From Chrysomallon squamiferum (taxonomy: Eukaryota; Animalia; Mollusca): a DNA stretch of 64,000 nucleotides. The stretch is from positions 7,068,001 through 7,132,000 of the forward strand of contig CM022679.1 in NCBI GenBank assembly GCA_012295275.1, given 5' to 3'. This document shows positions 32,301 through 45,809 of this stretch, in pieces. The notes beneath the pieces were generated by a model. The model saw only the letters and a list, made by a program, of their open reading frames with translations, had not been told where the DNA came from and made no database searches. The position numbers and the translations under genes were made by a program. How positions within the stretch are numbered: the first letter of the stretch is position 1; each line of letters starts with the position of its first letter.

Positions 32301-34467
32301 TTTTTGTCTTCATAATACAGAAGCTTTTTCACCGGACCATCCACTGAGAAAGACTGTACACACTGTCCACTTTCGTTTACAAAGTACACACCTCCTAAAG
32401 ATCAATTTAACACTAAACATTTATATGTATTTAATGCAGTGAGAAAACCTCAGAAATTTCATATTCAGAAATCAAATAATTTAAATTATTAAATAAATAC
32501 TTAAAATAACAGGTCAAAACTATTAATACATATTAGTCTGCTTCAAAAGAAAAGTAATACATGATTAAAAAGATTCAACAATCATATTTGAACTTAGAGA
32601 ATAGAGTATGTATGCTTCTACTTAAATTAAACTATTATTATAATTATTAGGAATATACTGACCACTGGCTCCACCAACAAAGAATGACACAGCTTCAGTT
32701 GGTCCAAATGAGGTGGTCATCATTTTGTTGTTCTTTCCACGTTTCCAGTTGAACATATCAAGAGCATTTTCATCTCCACTTACTGCAGCACGTGCTAATT
32801 CACTTATATCACTGCAAAAACAAAATTTACAAACATCTTAAATTTGTATTAATATGAGTGATCCACTGTTTGCATTAACAATTCTACCTTATTTTGAACA
32901 AAGTGATAATCTGTATTTAACAAAGAATATTTTTTAAATAAAACAAAACAAAATCTGCTGTATTAATTTAGACAAGAAACTTTTTGCTGATGTTCAAATT
33001 GCAGCCACGAAAGAAGTTGCTATTAAAAACAAATCCTCAGAGTCAACTAAGGTTTAATTTCCATTGAAATGTAATTAAATTTAGATATCAGAAAAAAAAA
33101 ATCCAAACAACAATTGATAATTTTTATAGCAAGAACTGCTGTTTCTGTGCTTAATAAACAAGTAACAGTTTTAAGAGCACAAAATAAATATGCACAATCT
33201 AATATTACATAATAAAATAACTTTGAAATTATGAATGTAAAAAATATGTTTTTTACGTGGCTGGGTCTGGTGGAAGTGCTGGTTTTAACACAATGTCAGT
33301 GAGAGGCTCCTGAATGTGATGTTGACAGATAGGATTTTGTTGTAGTCTTCCCTTACTGTCTGATTTCCACACAATCAGAATCCCTTGCTATTAATGACAA
33401 AGGCAGATGTTTTATTTAAATTTTATTGCAAATGCATGTTAATTTATCTATTTAAAATGTACAGTTGTTGATGAGTAGAAACTGCCTTAGCATGTTTTTC
33501 ACTGTTACTTCTATGTATATTTACAAACACACACACACACTGAGGCATACAGAAACATAACATTTCATTTGTAGAACTTTAAACCAAAAAAAAGTAAAAG
33601 AAATTCACACACTTGTGGATAAAACTAGTTTGCAACAATTTAATCAGTCATATTCTTATTTTCTTATTATTTTTTGATAAATGGCAAGAATCAATGTCTA
33701 CTGCTGTCTGCATGTTAAGGATTATAATATATGAAGACAGTATTTAAATTTACATGTGAAAAATACTAATATAATTATTAAGATATCATTTCTACTGGTA
33801 AATTCATAATTCCTTTTAATGCATAAAAACAATAACCTTGTCTCCTGAAAACAAACGGGTCCCGTTTGAACTCCACAGTAACAATACAACTGGAGCTTTG
33901 TGCATCTGGACAGCCTCAAAAAGGTCATGATCTTGTTCATTCCAGATGAACACTTCTCCACTTTCCCAACCAACAGCAACAATTTTCTTTGTTGGATGCC
34001 AGCACACTGAAGTTGCATGGCAGTTTTGTTGCAAATGTACATTAATAATTTTTTCATTCTGAAAATTAAAATATAAATGTTAAAATCAGAAAAAAAATTA
34101 AAATCTATTGGACTATATAACATTTGAGAAAAAGTAAAACCATTTATCATTAAAAATAAATTTAGATATTTTTTTCAAAACAAAATGATAATAGGAATAA
34201 TGAAAGAATATTCATGGCAAAACAAAGTCGTATTTTAAACTATTTCAAAGTGTTTCTCTATAAATTCTAGACATGTACATAACATATCACATTTATCAAC
34301 GTAAATAAGATTAAATGTAATTTTACCTCATTGTAAAGTGAAACTTGTCCACCAGTTTCTTCACCATATGATGTCACTGCCAATAATGGAGCACCACTGA
34401 ACCAATTCAGTTCAGTGTTAATTGTCCCTGGAACTGTTTCCAGTCTATGGTCAAAGTACACAGCCAT
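17302..34467 (-). CDS. IFT140: Intraflagellar transport protein 140 (IFT-A core; WD40 + TPR), 31 coding exons, about 1496 aa after correcting one extra base
   Basis: Exons (minus): 34467-34327, 34058-33837, 33387-33257, 32811-32663, 32394-32219, 31065-30977, 30538-30432, 30266-30124, 29743-29651, 29339-29229, 28885-28807, 28349-28258, 27915-27788, 27471-27354, 26814-26657, 26422-26254, 25866-25735, 25353-25124, 24675-24498, 24211-24128, 23716-23610, 23184-23089, 22752-22620, 21935-21792, 21409-21281, 20854-20672, 20330-20124, 19682-19469, 19092-18926, 18178-18037, 17541-17302. All are GT-AG and phases are consistent except a +1 nt in 19682-19469. Diagnostic IFT140 peptides: [103 protein letters not shown]. 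Confidence 0.96.
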
Positions 34468-34708
34468 AACCTGTTATATTAATATCAAAATTTAGTTTTT
34501 ATTTGGATTGTGTGTTTTTTTAAGGAAAAAATTATCATGATTATGACATTTATATAATTCAGTAAGCAAATACATAATTTCATAAGGATTAATACTTTAG
34601 ATCACATTTCTTTCTAATAACATATTAATCAGTAACCATATACCTACATATATGACATTTATTTTGAATTAATGATATCTTCTTTAGACAGAAAATAAAT
34701 ATTTTCAG

Positions 34709-35150
34709 GTATTGTTTCGGTATGGGTTTTGATGTGGTATGGGTTTTGACACCTTCATTAAATAACTAGTGCACATAATCATGGAGAAGTTTTTGTTTAT
34801 GGAAGGGGTTTTTTTCCTATCAAATAAAGCAACACTTCCTATTCATTCGTTTGAGATACAATTACACAATTAACATAACAATATAGCTAAAAGTACTGTT
34901 TTCATAAGGCAATTTTTAGACATACATGAACAACCCTCTATTTCTAAAGTTTCACAATGAATTTCACTCATGAATTGCACAAAACATTGCCACGACCACT
35001 TCAATCTATTTTTATGGAACTCATTTACACGTTTTGTGTCAAAACCCATACCGCATTAAAGAGAAAAGAATGTTATACACATTCTAACAAGAAACAAAAA
35101 CTCGCAATATAATTATATATATTGAATTTAATGATTATATTTTAATCATG

Positions 35151-35185
<35 letters not shown>

Positions 35186-35284
35186 CGTTACGCCTCTGTT
35201 AATAATAACAAGAAAAAACATCGTTATTTCTGCACGACGTGAGATTGCTACTTATCTGCGTCAAACCCGATACCGCGAGGATAC
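34709..35284. mobile_element. Probable MITE / non-autonomous DNA transposon in the IFT140 5'-UTR intron
   Basis: ggtatgggttttgacac (34736-34752) is exactly inverted at 35036-35052. cggtatgggttttga (34718-34732) is inverted with 2 mismatches at 35261-35275. Ends gtat...atac; no ORF. Confidence 0.6.
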
Positions 35285-35643
35285 TTTGACATAACTTCCT
35301 TATTTAGTTATTAATTATATCCAAAAGTGTTATATTTAATAAGTAAAAGCTTGATCTCTTTTATTATTATATAATTTGTTAATAACTAAATAGTCTAATG
35401 AGCAATGTAACAGCAGAGAGATATATTTCACATGTTTAAGGATTAATCCATAATATTAATAATAATCAAAACAAGATCCCAGTGCTAGGACCTGGATGGA
35501 CTACCCGGATTTCTTTAGATTTCGGTATTTCTCATAACAGAATCAAGTGTCACAGCAATAAAATATTTACACATTTTTAAGCACAAATGTTTTTTCTATG
35601 TAAATACAAACAAAATTTCTATGAAACATTAAAATATACTCAC

Positions 35644-35657
35644 GTCACCCTGGTTAC
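35644..35657 (-). promoter_or_regulatory. RFX X-box candidate at the probable non-coding first exon of IFT140
   Basis: Minus strand GTAACCAGGGTGAC fits GTNRCC-N2-RGYAAC with one mismatch. It is immediately followed by a GTGAGT donor at 35643, and an acceptor AG sits at 34472-34471, just before the ATG. Confidence 0.6.
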
Positions 35658-36156
35658 TATGATGCCATGAAATCAACTTGTACACTGGTATCAGACATGT
35701 TGAAATATGCAGGTACCCGGATGCATTTGCTGATATTCTTTGTTTTTAAATTACTCCAAACGCTCCTTAAAGTCACTATTCCTTCTGTTTTACCTGAGCG
35801 TATTTGCATACATATTGAATCTGTTCCAGTTTTTATTTCCACATTAATTACATATTTAATTTGCTAATCACAGAATTACACATACAGTGTATTTATTAAA
35901 TGTTTAATCTGACCGATATACATATTAAAATTGTCATCAACCTTCCCATCCTCCCCAAAGGTTACTAATTATAATATTAAACAGTTGATAAAGTCAGAGA
36001 TTCCTATATGTATGAACAAAAATTTCAGAAAGCTCATAAACCTTTCTTTTACTTAAAACGTTCAACCAAAGCAGCTTGTTCTTGTCAGTATCGAAAGTAC
36101 GTTTAGAGCAAGCAACTGTTATGCATTTGTTTTGCATTTACTGTTACTACTGGGCA

Positions 36157-36204
<48 letters not shown>

Positions 36205-36833
36205 TAAGATATTAAAAACCCTCAATATGACAGGAACATACAGTAAAAAGCAAAAAATAAAAAATAAAAAAATAAAAATAATGTCTTTAAATTATTTTAA
36301 TATAGTTAAGTGAACTGCATTTCAGTTAATGCATTAATGAAAAATATCATACATAAATGTAAAAATAATGAGTTATGAGTAATAAATATTAATTTAAACC
36401 ATCATTAGTACGCATTACAATTTTTTTTTTTTAAAAGCTTTGAAATTGTTTCTCAGTTTATAGTGTAACTCAGAAGAAAGCAATAATATAATTAAACCTT
36501 GTTTCTAATAATATAACAGAAATAACTGATGAATATGATCATCTCATGTTTTATTTTACATATTTTCACCACACCAGTACAGAATAATTGTAGGAATTTC
36601 AGTTCCGCATTACAGATAAGATATTAAGATGATGGAAAATACGAATAAAAAGAATAACAAAGAGTCGTAACATACTATAGATTTCAGTCAGTTACGTATA
36701 GATGTGTCTAGGTATTCTATGACATGTGTGAATCACTTAAATAAATATAAACACAACAAAAACAAAAAACAAAATTATTTATTAAGAACAAACCTTTAAA
36801 TTGATACAATCTGGGGTTTTTTATAGTATCATA

Positions 36834-39800
36834 ATGGGTATTTTAGAAAAAATTGCCGAAATTGAAAGAGAAATCTCCAGAACTCAGAAAAATAAGGGTA
36901 AGACAATTTTTTAGACGGACATCTATTTTGTACTTGGCATTCAGCTTTGAATTTTAAGTAAATCTAATTCAACATCCGTTTTCCAAAAATGATTAAATAA
37001 TAACAAAACTTAAAACAGTGCCAATTTTATTTTTATTATGAAAGATAAAAAATCGAAATGTATGTGAATTTATTTGACGGTTCAAAGAGGTAGTTTTGTG
37101 ATTATCATAAAATCTGTATAGGAATGTTAATACACTTACATTATAATAGTATAAGCAAAACATTATTAATATTACAAATTGGTTAAGTCTTTTATCCATT
37201 CAATAAATGTAATACATACCATTAAATAAAATCTCAAATATGTTGGAATAATGTTATTAAAATGAAATAGGAAACATAGATTGAATATGTAAGTCAATAA
37301 TAACAAGATCTTAACTTTTCACATTATAAATTAAACTATTATTTCTTCAGCTACTGAATATCATCTGGGTTTGCTAAAAGCCAAATTAGCCAGATATCGC
37401 CAACAGTTGCTGGAACCACAGGGAAAAGCAGGACCAAAGGTAAATTATCCTTGAATGACAAGGGCAATGTTTAAGGGATTTCCCATTCTTTTTCTGCTAA
37501 ATTTAATGGCATGGAGTTAGATCATAACATGTATTTTTGTATCTTATTTATCTTATATATATATATATAATTTTTTTTTAAAGTGTCTTATAAATTTAAT
37601 CATTTTTGCAGGGAGAAGGTTTTGATGTTATGAAATCTGGAGATGCCCGAGTGGCATTAATAGGTTTTCCATCTGTAGGAAAGGTAAATATTTAAATATT
37701 TATTTCTAAATATGTGATGATATAGAGAAATGTTTTATGTTATAAAAAACAATAACAAAAAATCATATCCCAGATAAACAAACAGTGCAGAAATGTCCTA
37801 TCCATATTTTTCCTGCCACTCTTGAAAAGTTCTGAAAAAGAAAAAAATTATAATGGCAAAACTCAAATAATCAGTTTTAGTAAAAATAAATTAATAAACA
37901 TTTTTCCTTTCATAAAAATTCTGTCATTTTTTTTGGTGTAATTTAAAAATTTGACAATAAAGGTATAATAAAAATTTACTTATTCCTAAATTTATATTAC
38001 TTATTAAATCAATTTGGATATTTGTATGTTTTTCATTCTCCAATATAATTTCAGTCAACATTACTGAATGTTCTGACATCAACACACAGTGAGTCAGCAA
38101 ATTATGAGTTCACAACTTTAACATGCATACCTGGAGTCATTGAGGTACATTTTTTTCACATGCTCAACACTTGTCATTCTGGAAAATTGTTTTCCCATTT
38201 TAGCTGTATTAAATTTTCATAATAAATATCCAGTTTTCTTAATTAAAGTGTTTTGTTACTTCATTTAGACATCATCACTAAAGATTTTTGTTTTTTTGTT
38301 ACTTTTTTGTTATTTTTAATTTTATTTATTGTGTCTGTATTAAATCAGTATTTTAAAGATAAATTTTGGACAGCTGTTAGTACAGAAGCAGGAGATTTCA
38401 TCTCATATCATCTTTATTTGGTTATTATTAAAATACATTTTGTGTTTCTTACATTCTTAGATTCTGGATTGTTTTCTTGTTTTCCACTTTTGCCTTGAAT
38501 ATGTCAATTGGTAATTTCTTCTTTTTCTTCCAGTATAATGGTGCTTGTATACAGTTACTTGATCTTCCTGGTATAATTGAAGGAGCTGCTCAAGGTAACA
38601 ACATCATTATTCAAAAGTCTTTTAAACATCTTTTTTGTTCCACATTGTTGACAATACTAAGGTTAAAAATAATAGTTATATATAATCCAAACTGTCAAAA
38701 TCAGTGACACCCATGTATTGAAAAAAAAAAAAAAATCATAATAGATTTGTAAACCATGATTATTTTCCATTAAGAAGAAAAGGACATAAATTGCAATTGG
38801 TTTCAAAATTATTGACATATCTATATGACCACCATAGGGAGTGCTATTTGAGATGTTTGGCTGTAGGTGTTTAAATTTGCACACATTTTAGAGGATTTAC
38901 ATTAGCTTAGGTATTTTACATAACAGTACAAAAGTTATCAGTAATGTTTTCAGAATGAAAATACCTGATGCACCTGTCTTGGATGAAAATGAAAACCATT
39001 TACACCTGTATATTGAACATCATCAATTTGTATATCAGTTCCCAGCCTTTGCAGTTTAAATATAACCTAGAATTAATATTCAAGTTTGTTAGTAATTTTA
39101 GCTATTATCTTGTTTCCAATATGGCATTGTAAGAAATACTGAAAAGAATCTGAATATAGTCATAAAGCCAAACTATCATAAAACTGTTGCTTTCTCCTTG
39201 TTGTTGACATGTAATTGCATGGGTCAGTACAATGCCCATTAACAGCATAATAGATATAATAGTTGTCCTTTTTTTTCTCTCCAGGCAAAGGACGAGGACG
39301 ACAAGTGATATCCGTAGCAAGAACAGCTGATCTGATTATAATTATGTTAGATGCTACAAAAGGAGAAGTACAAAAGTAACTACTTTTGAAATAGTAGTAC
39401 ATTTTTTTCAAAACCCACTCAAAATGATTATTCATTTTTGTTTTAAGAAGAAAAAGTTCTGGTCTTCTTTTGTAAGTGTGCACCATATCTTAAATATTTA
39501 TATTTTTTAAATCTTCAGTATTTTAAGTTAATAACAACGAATAATTATAACTCTTAAGCAGATTTATTATGTTTACAGCATCCAAAACATATAAAATGAT
39601 ATTTGGTTTTTAAGATATAGTATTTCAGTATATTTTTATATGTTACAGACGTTTACTGGAATCTGAACTTGAAAGTGTGGGAATTCGGCTCAACTCTAAG
39701 AAGCCAAATATATATTTTAAGGTAAAATTATTACATATATTTAGATATCACTATACTGGAAATCATCTGCACATCACATTTATCTCACAGGTTGAAAATA

Positions 39801-42800
39801 TTCCAAAGTAAATGATGATTCTTAAAAAAAAGTATCATTAACATTTTGTGCCTGTCTGTTTCTGAAAATAGAAATATATAATTTCCTCACTTAGCTGCTT
39901 TCGTTTTATCTACTGAAGTAACCATTAAGAGATAATGCCTTATCTCACTCGTTTTGTAAGAAAATGAGATTTTATTTCATTTTTCTCTTTTTCACAACAG
40001 CTAATCTTTATATATTGACATAAGCAGGAGACAACTCAAAGTCAGATGAATTATTTTTATGTATTTGTGTGTATGTGTGCATGGTGTTATAATTCTTTTT
40101 AACATTTAAATACAAATTTGTTTAAAAGTTGTTTTATTTTTATTTATGTTTTCTCTCTCTCTTTCATTTTAGCCTAAAAAAGGAGGTGGTGTATCTTTCA
40201 ATTCCATGGTGACACTGACTAAATGCAATGAGAAAATGGTTCAGATGATATTACATGATTACAGTATCCTTTTTCACTATTTATTAAAGCTCCAATATAT
40301 GTGAAATTGTCAAGATATTAATTTACTTCTGTATATTAATCTTGTAGTTGATAATAAAATTACCCCGAGACAACAAGCTCACAAAAAGAGGTTAACATTT
40401 TTCTCGTTTACAATGTTATTTGGTACATACACATTTTTTTCATTGTTATATGTCATTACTATAAATACAATGGTAAATGCAAATTTTTTTTATTTTATTA
40501 CCATACTTCATTACTACAAATACAGTGGTAACTTTGTAATACATAAAATATATTAAAGCCATTTGGATGTGTTGATCAAATACCACCTTTAATAAATATC
40601 TAGACTTTCAGTTCTAATTTAATTTTGATGTGTATTGTTTTAATCATTTTGTCTATATTTTTTTTTAAATTATTTTGTTTAAGAAAAAGTGAAATTGTGG
40701 AATTTATGTTTTTAGTTATTGTTCTTTATCTAACACAGAAATATTCAATTGTGAAGTGCTGTTTAAAGAAGACTGTACTTCTGATGAGTTTGTTGATGTG
40801 ATTATTGGCAGTCGAGTGTACATGCCATGTCTTTATGTAAGTGCAGTGTTACAAAATTTCAACAGTAAATATCAGCCATTAGTAGTTGTGAAAAAATACT
40901 TTTGATATATTAAACTTAAAATATTGCATTCATAAAAAAAATATCCTAAATTGCCTTACAATACTATAGCTTTTTATTAAGTTATTTAAACAAGTGCTTG
41001 AATATCCATTTTAATAAACCTGAAAATAAATGAACTAATTAACTGATATTAAAATAATTCTTATTTTTAAAAAAAGGTTCTGTCATTTCAAATAGGAGGG
41101 GTAAGTATGAACAATATTAGTTACTGATCAATTTAAATTCATCAACATTTTATATTTGTATTTAATATATATACATATATACTGGTGTTTCAGGTTTACA
41201 ACAAAATTGATCAGATTTCTATTGAGGAGGTTGACAGATTAGCCAGACAACCTCATTCTGTTGTTGTTAGGTAAATTATTCATATTACTTGTTGTTATTT
41301 TCCTTGTAGTCAGCATATTACTTAGTTTTATTACTCTCCTTATTATCAGAATTGATTAAGTCCATATACCTTTAAAACCTCTTCACAGTTTATGTGTAAT
41401 TTTGTAGAATTTAATAGAATTTTAAATAATGATATGTGTTTCATAGTAATAGATGTAGGATCACTGATACCCCAACATTATTAATACTGTCAAAAGTTTA
41501 CAGTCATTTTGTATACATTATTTTAAAGTAGTGCCAAATGTCCTCAAAATATAATTTAAACTTAAAAATGTCTTGGTTTTTTAATGTAAAAATTGATAAC
41601 ACTGACATAATAATTTCAGATCATTTGTCATATAAAATATTATTGATTTCCGTTCGTAAGGTTTCTTTAAACACATAAAACAACACAAAATAATCAGACG
41701 GGTGGTAAATTTTATTATGCTAAATGTTGATAGGTATGTTTAATTTTGGGGTTTTTTTCTTTTCATAGTTGCAATATGAAACTAAATTTGGATTATCTTG
41801 TGGAACGAATGTGGGAAGAGCTTGCACTTATTAGAGTTTATACAAAGAAGAGGGGAGGTAAGTCAGTTGCAGCATTGGAAACATTTGTGGAATTTTTAAA
41901 AACACTAATTACTATATTAAATGGCATACATAAAGTGTGCAAAAAGTTGAGCATTCTTCTTTCAAAAAATTTATTAAGATAACCTGACTGTATTAGTTAC
42001 GTTCAAAATGGAATAATTTGTCAGCTTGAATAATTTTGATACTAAATATCTTTTTAAAGCCATTCCTTTGTTAAGGACATACGGTGGTGTGAAAATAGAT
42101 TAATAACGTTCAGAAACTTTTTTATGGTATTGTTTTTGGAAACCAGTGATAATGGTAATGAAACAGGCCAACAGATTGTATACACTGTCTAATTTTTAAT
42201 TATGGTGAAATTTAAAATATAAAAAATGCTTGATAATTGATGATACAGAAAAACCGAAAATGATATTCACTTGGGATTTTACTAAAATTATTAATAATTT
42301 TTAAAGACAGTTCTTTTCAAGGAAGTTACCTTGATAATATTTAATTTCCTTTAAACTAGTTCAGCATTTACTTATTACAGACAGTTGTTTTTATTATTAC
42401 ACATTTGTTTTGTTTTCAGAGCGACCTGACTTTGATGGAGGTCTGGTTTTAAGGAAAGGTGTTACTGTTGAACATGTGGTTTGTACAACAATTTTTAAAT
42501 ATCATCTTCATGTGTGAGCATTTATACAGATACACTTAAGGCACACAAACAAAAACAAAATAAACTTACCAAATCATTTTATAATTTTGGTAGATATTTT
42601 TATTTTTTATCCTTTTTTAAGTCAAAGTTCAGCTCATTCTGTATTTTCTGTAACTACTAAAATTTTACACATAATGAACAATCCTTAAGTTTTTGTAGCA
42701 TATAAATGTTTTATTTTTTTATTTACAGTGCCACTCCATTCACAGAACTTTAGCAGAGCAATTTAAATATGCACTTGTATGGGTAAGTAAATTTCTAGAA

Positions 42801-43231
42801 ATTAATTTGTATAGTTATAACAAGAAAACTTTTTTTTTTTTTTTTAAATTAATCTGTGCCTGCTAAACACTTCCTATTCCAGCATGCTTAGAAGCATTTA
42901 TTTGTGTTAATATTTCAAATTATTAAATCTGGGTTAGTTAAAGTTCAGATGTATTTTTGTCTTCTGGTGTAATATTTAATAGTGGCCTTAATTATGTCAG
43001 CTGGTTTGGTTAAATTTGAAATCTCATATAGTTAATTTTTATTTTATCATTTGTTGTACTCATTTAACCCATTTATTATTATTTAAGATAGTATTTCTAA
43101 AATAATTTCAGTGATGATCTTTATAATTTTACCTTTCTTTTCAGGGTAAAAGCACAAAGTACAGTCCACAAAGGGTTGGCTTAAGCCATTCAATGTGTGA
43201 TGAGGATGTCATTCAGGTGGTAAAAAAATAA
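36834..43231 (+). CDS. DRG2: Developmentally regulated GTP-binding protein 2 (OBG-family GTPase + TGS), 14 exons, 364 aa
   Basis: Exons 36834-36897, 37351-37439, 37612-37683, 38055-38144, 38534-38594, 39285-39375, 39649-39721, 40173-40263, 40739-40836, 41194-41270, 41769-41857, 42420-42478, 42729-42782 and 43145-43231 total 1095 nt. Peptides: [36 protein letters not shown]1 [48 protein letters not shown]. The MGILEKI start and ATEYHLG are DRG2-type rather than DRG1-type. Confidence 0.97.
40264..40738 (+). other. U12-type (minor spliceosome) GT-AG intron in DRG2
   Basis: 5' site GTATCCTTT. A branch-like TTCTTTATC (40722-40730) lies close to the terminal CAG with no long pyrimidine tract between them. 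Splicing joins ...[12 protein letters not shown] in frame. Confidence 0.88.
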
Positions 43232-45159
43232 AGAACATCAGTAAAAGAACTTCATGCTTGTTATATTCATAAAAAAAACCATTGTACATTATGATTCCAA
43301 ATGACTTTCAGCTAATTCCAAATGGTGAATATTCATCCACAGATGCATTTTATTTATCTTGCTAGAGTGGACTTTATTTTGCTTAAGACACTGATCACTG
43401 CTGAATTCAGGATTCAAAATTTGAAATAAAATTATGAAAGCTGCATCATATCTTTTTTATGGGGAAGATGAAAGAAAGATGACTACACAGTTTGTCACTA
43501 TAATATAACATACAAAAAAATTACATTTCCAAGATTAATCAATAAATAGCAGTACTGTAAATAAATAAATATTCTATTATTTTGATGCTAGACTTCCCAT
43601 TGATAACAAAGGTTGGCAAACAAAAACAAATAGTCAGAAGCCAACCATGATAAAACAGTATTTCCTTATTTTGTACCTAGTTATAAAATTGTCAGAAAAG
43701 AAATCATTAGTTGGTGTATGTATTAACTTTACAATAATGTGGTCATTTTGTTTTCTTCTCTTTCACTAAGGGTGAATACGTTATTTTCATTATTATGCCA
43801 TATCCATTCGTATACAGTTCTGTATTTCTCTACAAGACATGACACTAAAACACTTAAAAAGATAAATCATTAACTGTTAGTCTAAGATAAGAGTAGTAAC
43901 AACAGAAGCAGAATGGTTTATTACTAGAGTATCATATACTGGATTTAGGGCTTTTCTAGAACCATTTGTATCTGCTGTCATTGTTAATACTGTTCTGAGC
44001 AGTAAGAAACCCATGTATCATTGCAATGACGCAAACTATAGAAAACAGGAAAAGTGATGGTTAATTCATGTCCCGGTGATTAACAATAGAAAAGAGACAG
44101 TTTATAGTAAATTTATGATGATTTTCCCTTTTTCTGCTATTGGAAACAACAACAAAATTAAAAAAATAAATAAAATAAAATAAAATAAAATAAAATAAAA
44201 TAAAATAAATTTCATGTTTTGGTATTAATTATGTTAACTTGGTAAAATAAACAGAACTGAATTTTGCACTTTGTAAAAGATATTTATTTTTATCTTTCTA
44301 TTTCAATAGCAGAGGAAATTTACAAATATAAAGAATACATTATGAGATGTATATAGTACCAATAAATATTTTTGTTGTATAAAAAGTATAATTGCAATGG
44401 AACTAATAAATGCCAATTAAAATACTTTACACTTTGAAGTTATTGTTTTGTTTTAAGTGGTCTATCTTGGACAGTAGAGAGCAAGATAATACTGTTAAAA
44501 AATATTTGAATGCTGCAATTCTACAGTTCCACAGGTGGAGTTATGATTATGAATATATTTAAGACTAAGAATAGAAAAAGAAAAAAATTATAAAATAATA
44601 AGTTCAGCATATTGGTGTGCCCTGTACATTGTAATTAAGGATGGCAACAATAAAAAAATAAAAAAATTAGGAAGTAAGCACTGGGTTACGAACAGTTTAT
44701 TATATAATGTATATTAAACAATTTAAAAGCTGAGGAAGTATTGGAGGATTATGATGCATTATTCATTCAGAACCTCTTCACTGTTATGATATTTAATATT
44801 TGTAACTAATTATCTGGAATAACACAAAATGGTAATGAGTATTTTCAAATATTGGCACAGAACTAAATACAATACCTAACTAAAGTTAGAAAATACATAT
44901 TTAAAAAGAAACGATAGAAAGTAAATAACTCCACCGTGAATGTTTATTTATTTTAATTTGAATTTACAATTCTTTAAACCGAGTTTAATCATGATAAATT
45001 AGTTATATAACACCAAGATTACTTTTGTTTTCATACGTACATATATTATGTATAGTGTTTACAAATATATAAACAAATTTCCTGGTGAGAAATTTGGCTA
45101 GTTGTTTTTAATATTCTTTTTGTTCATTATTTGGGTTCGTTGTTATTATTATTTTAAAT

Positions 45160-45194
<35 letters not shown>

Positions 45195-45689
45195 TTTTCC
45201 TCTGGTTTTTTTTCTGTTTTTTTGTTGATTTGGTTTGTTCAGGTTTTTGGTGTTAATATTTCAGTTAATATTTCAGACTGAAATATATAAATATTTAACT
45301 TGCGAGTTGTGGACACTACCTCAGAAAGCAACAAAAATAACAATGATTTATAAAAATAAAAATATTCATTTTATGAATAAAATTGCGCTGAAATAATACG
45401 TATTTATTATGATGGAAGAACTGGTATCAGTCCTTTAAAAAAAATCAAATAAAAAACCAACAAACAAAGGTAAAGCAAGCGTATCAGTAATGGGATTTCA
45501 GTTAACAATGAATCAGACTGATCAACACCAACATAAAAACAAAGACGCAAAAGGATATCTACGTCACTTTACTTACAACATTAATACAGAATGTAAGAAA
45601 TTTAAATTTTAAATTATTAATATATTGAATGCCAAACAAAATATATTTAGAAAATAACAGTTAAAGCTTGTTTTTTGTTTAAAAATAAA

Positions 45690-45735
45690 GTCACGAGGCG
45701 ACCTAACCATCACGTGACTTTCGGCCATTATGCTA
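45690..45735 (+). promoter_or_regulatory. Putative promoter elements of the RAI1/TCF20-like gene (E-box TCACGTGAC, YY1-like CGGCCATT)
   Basis: CpG-containing patch in an AT-rich background about 100 nt before the ATG; motif match only. Confidence 0.4.
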
Positions 45736-45809
45736 AAGCTACGGAATTATGGCTTCGTATTTACTGGAGATTAAATTAACATTATTTTTTGTTTAATAAT
45801 TGTCAGAAG

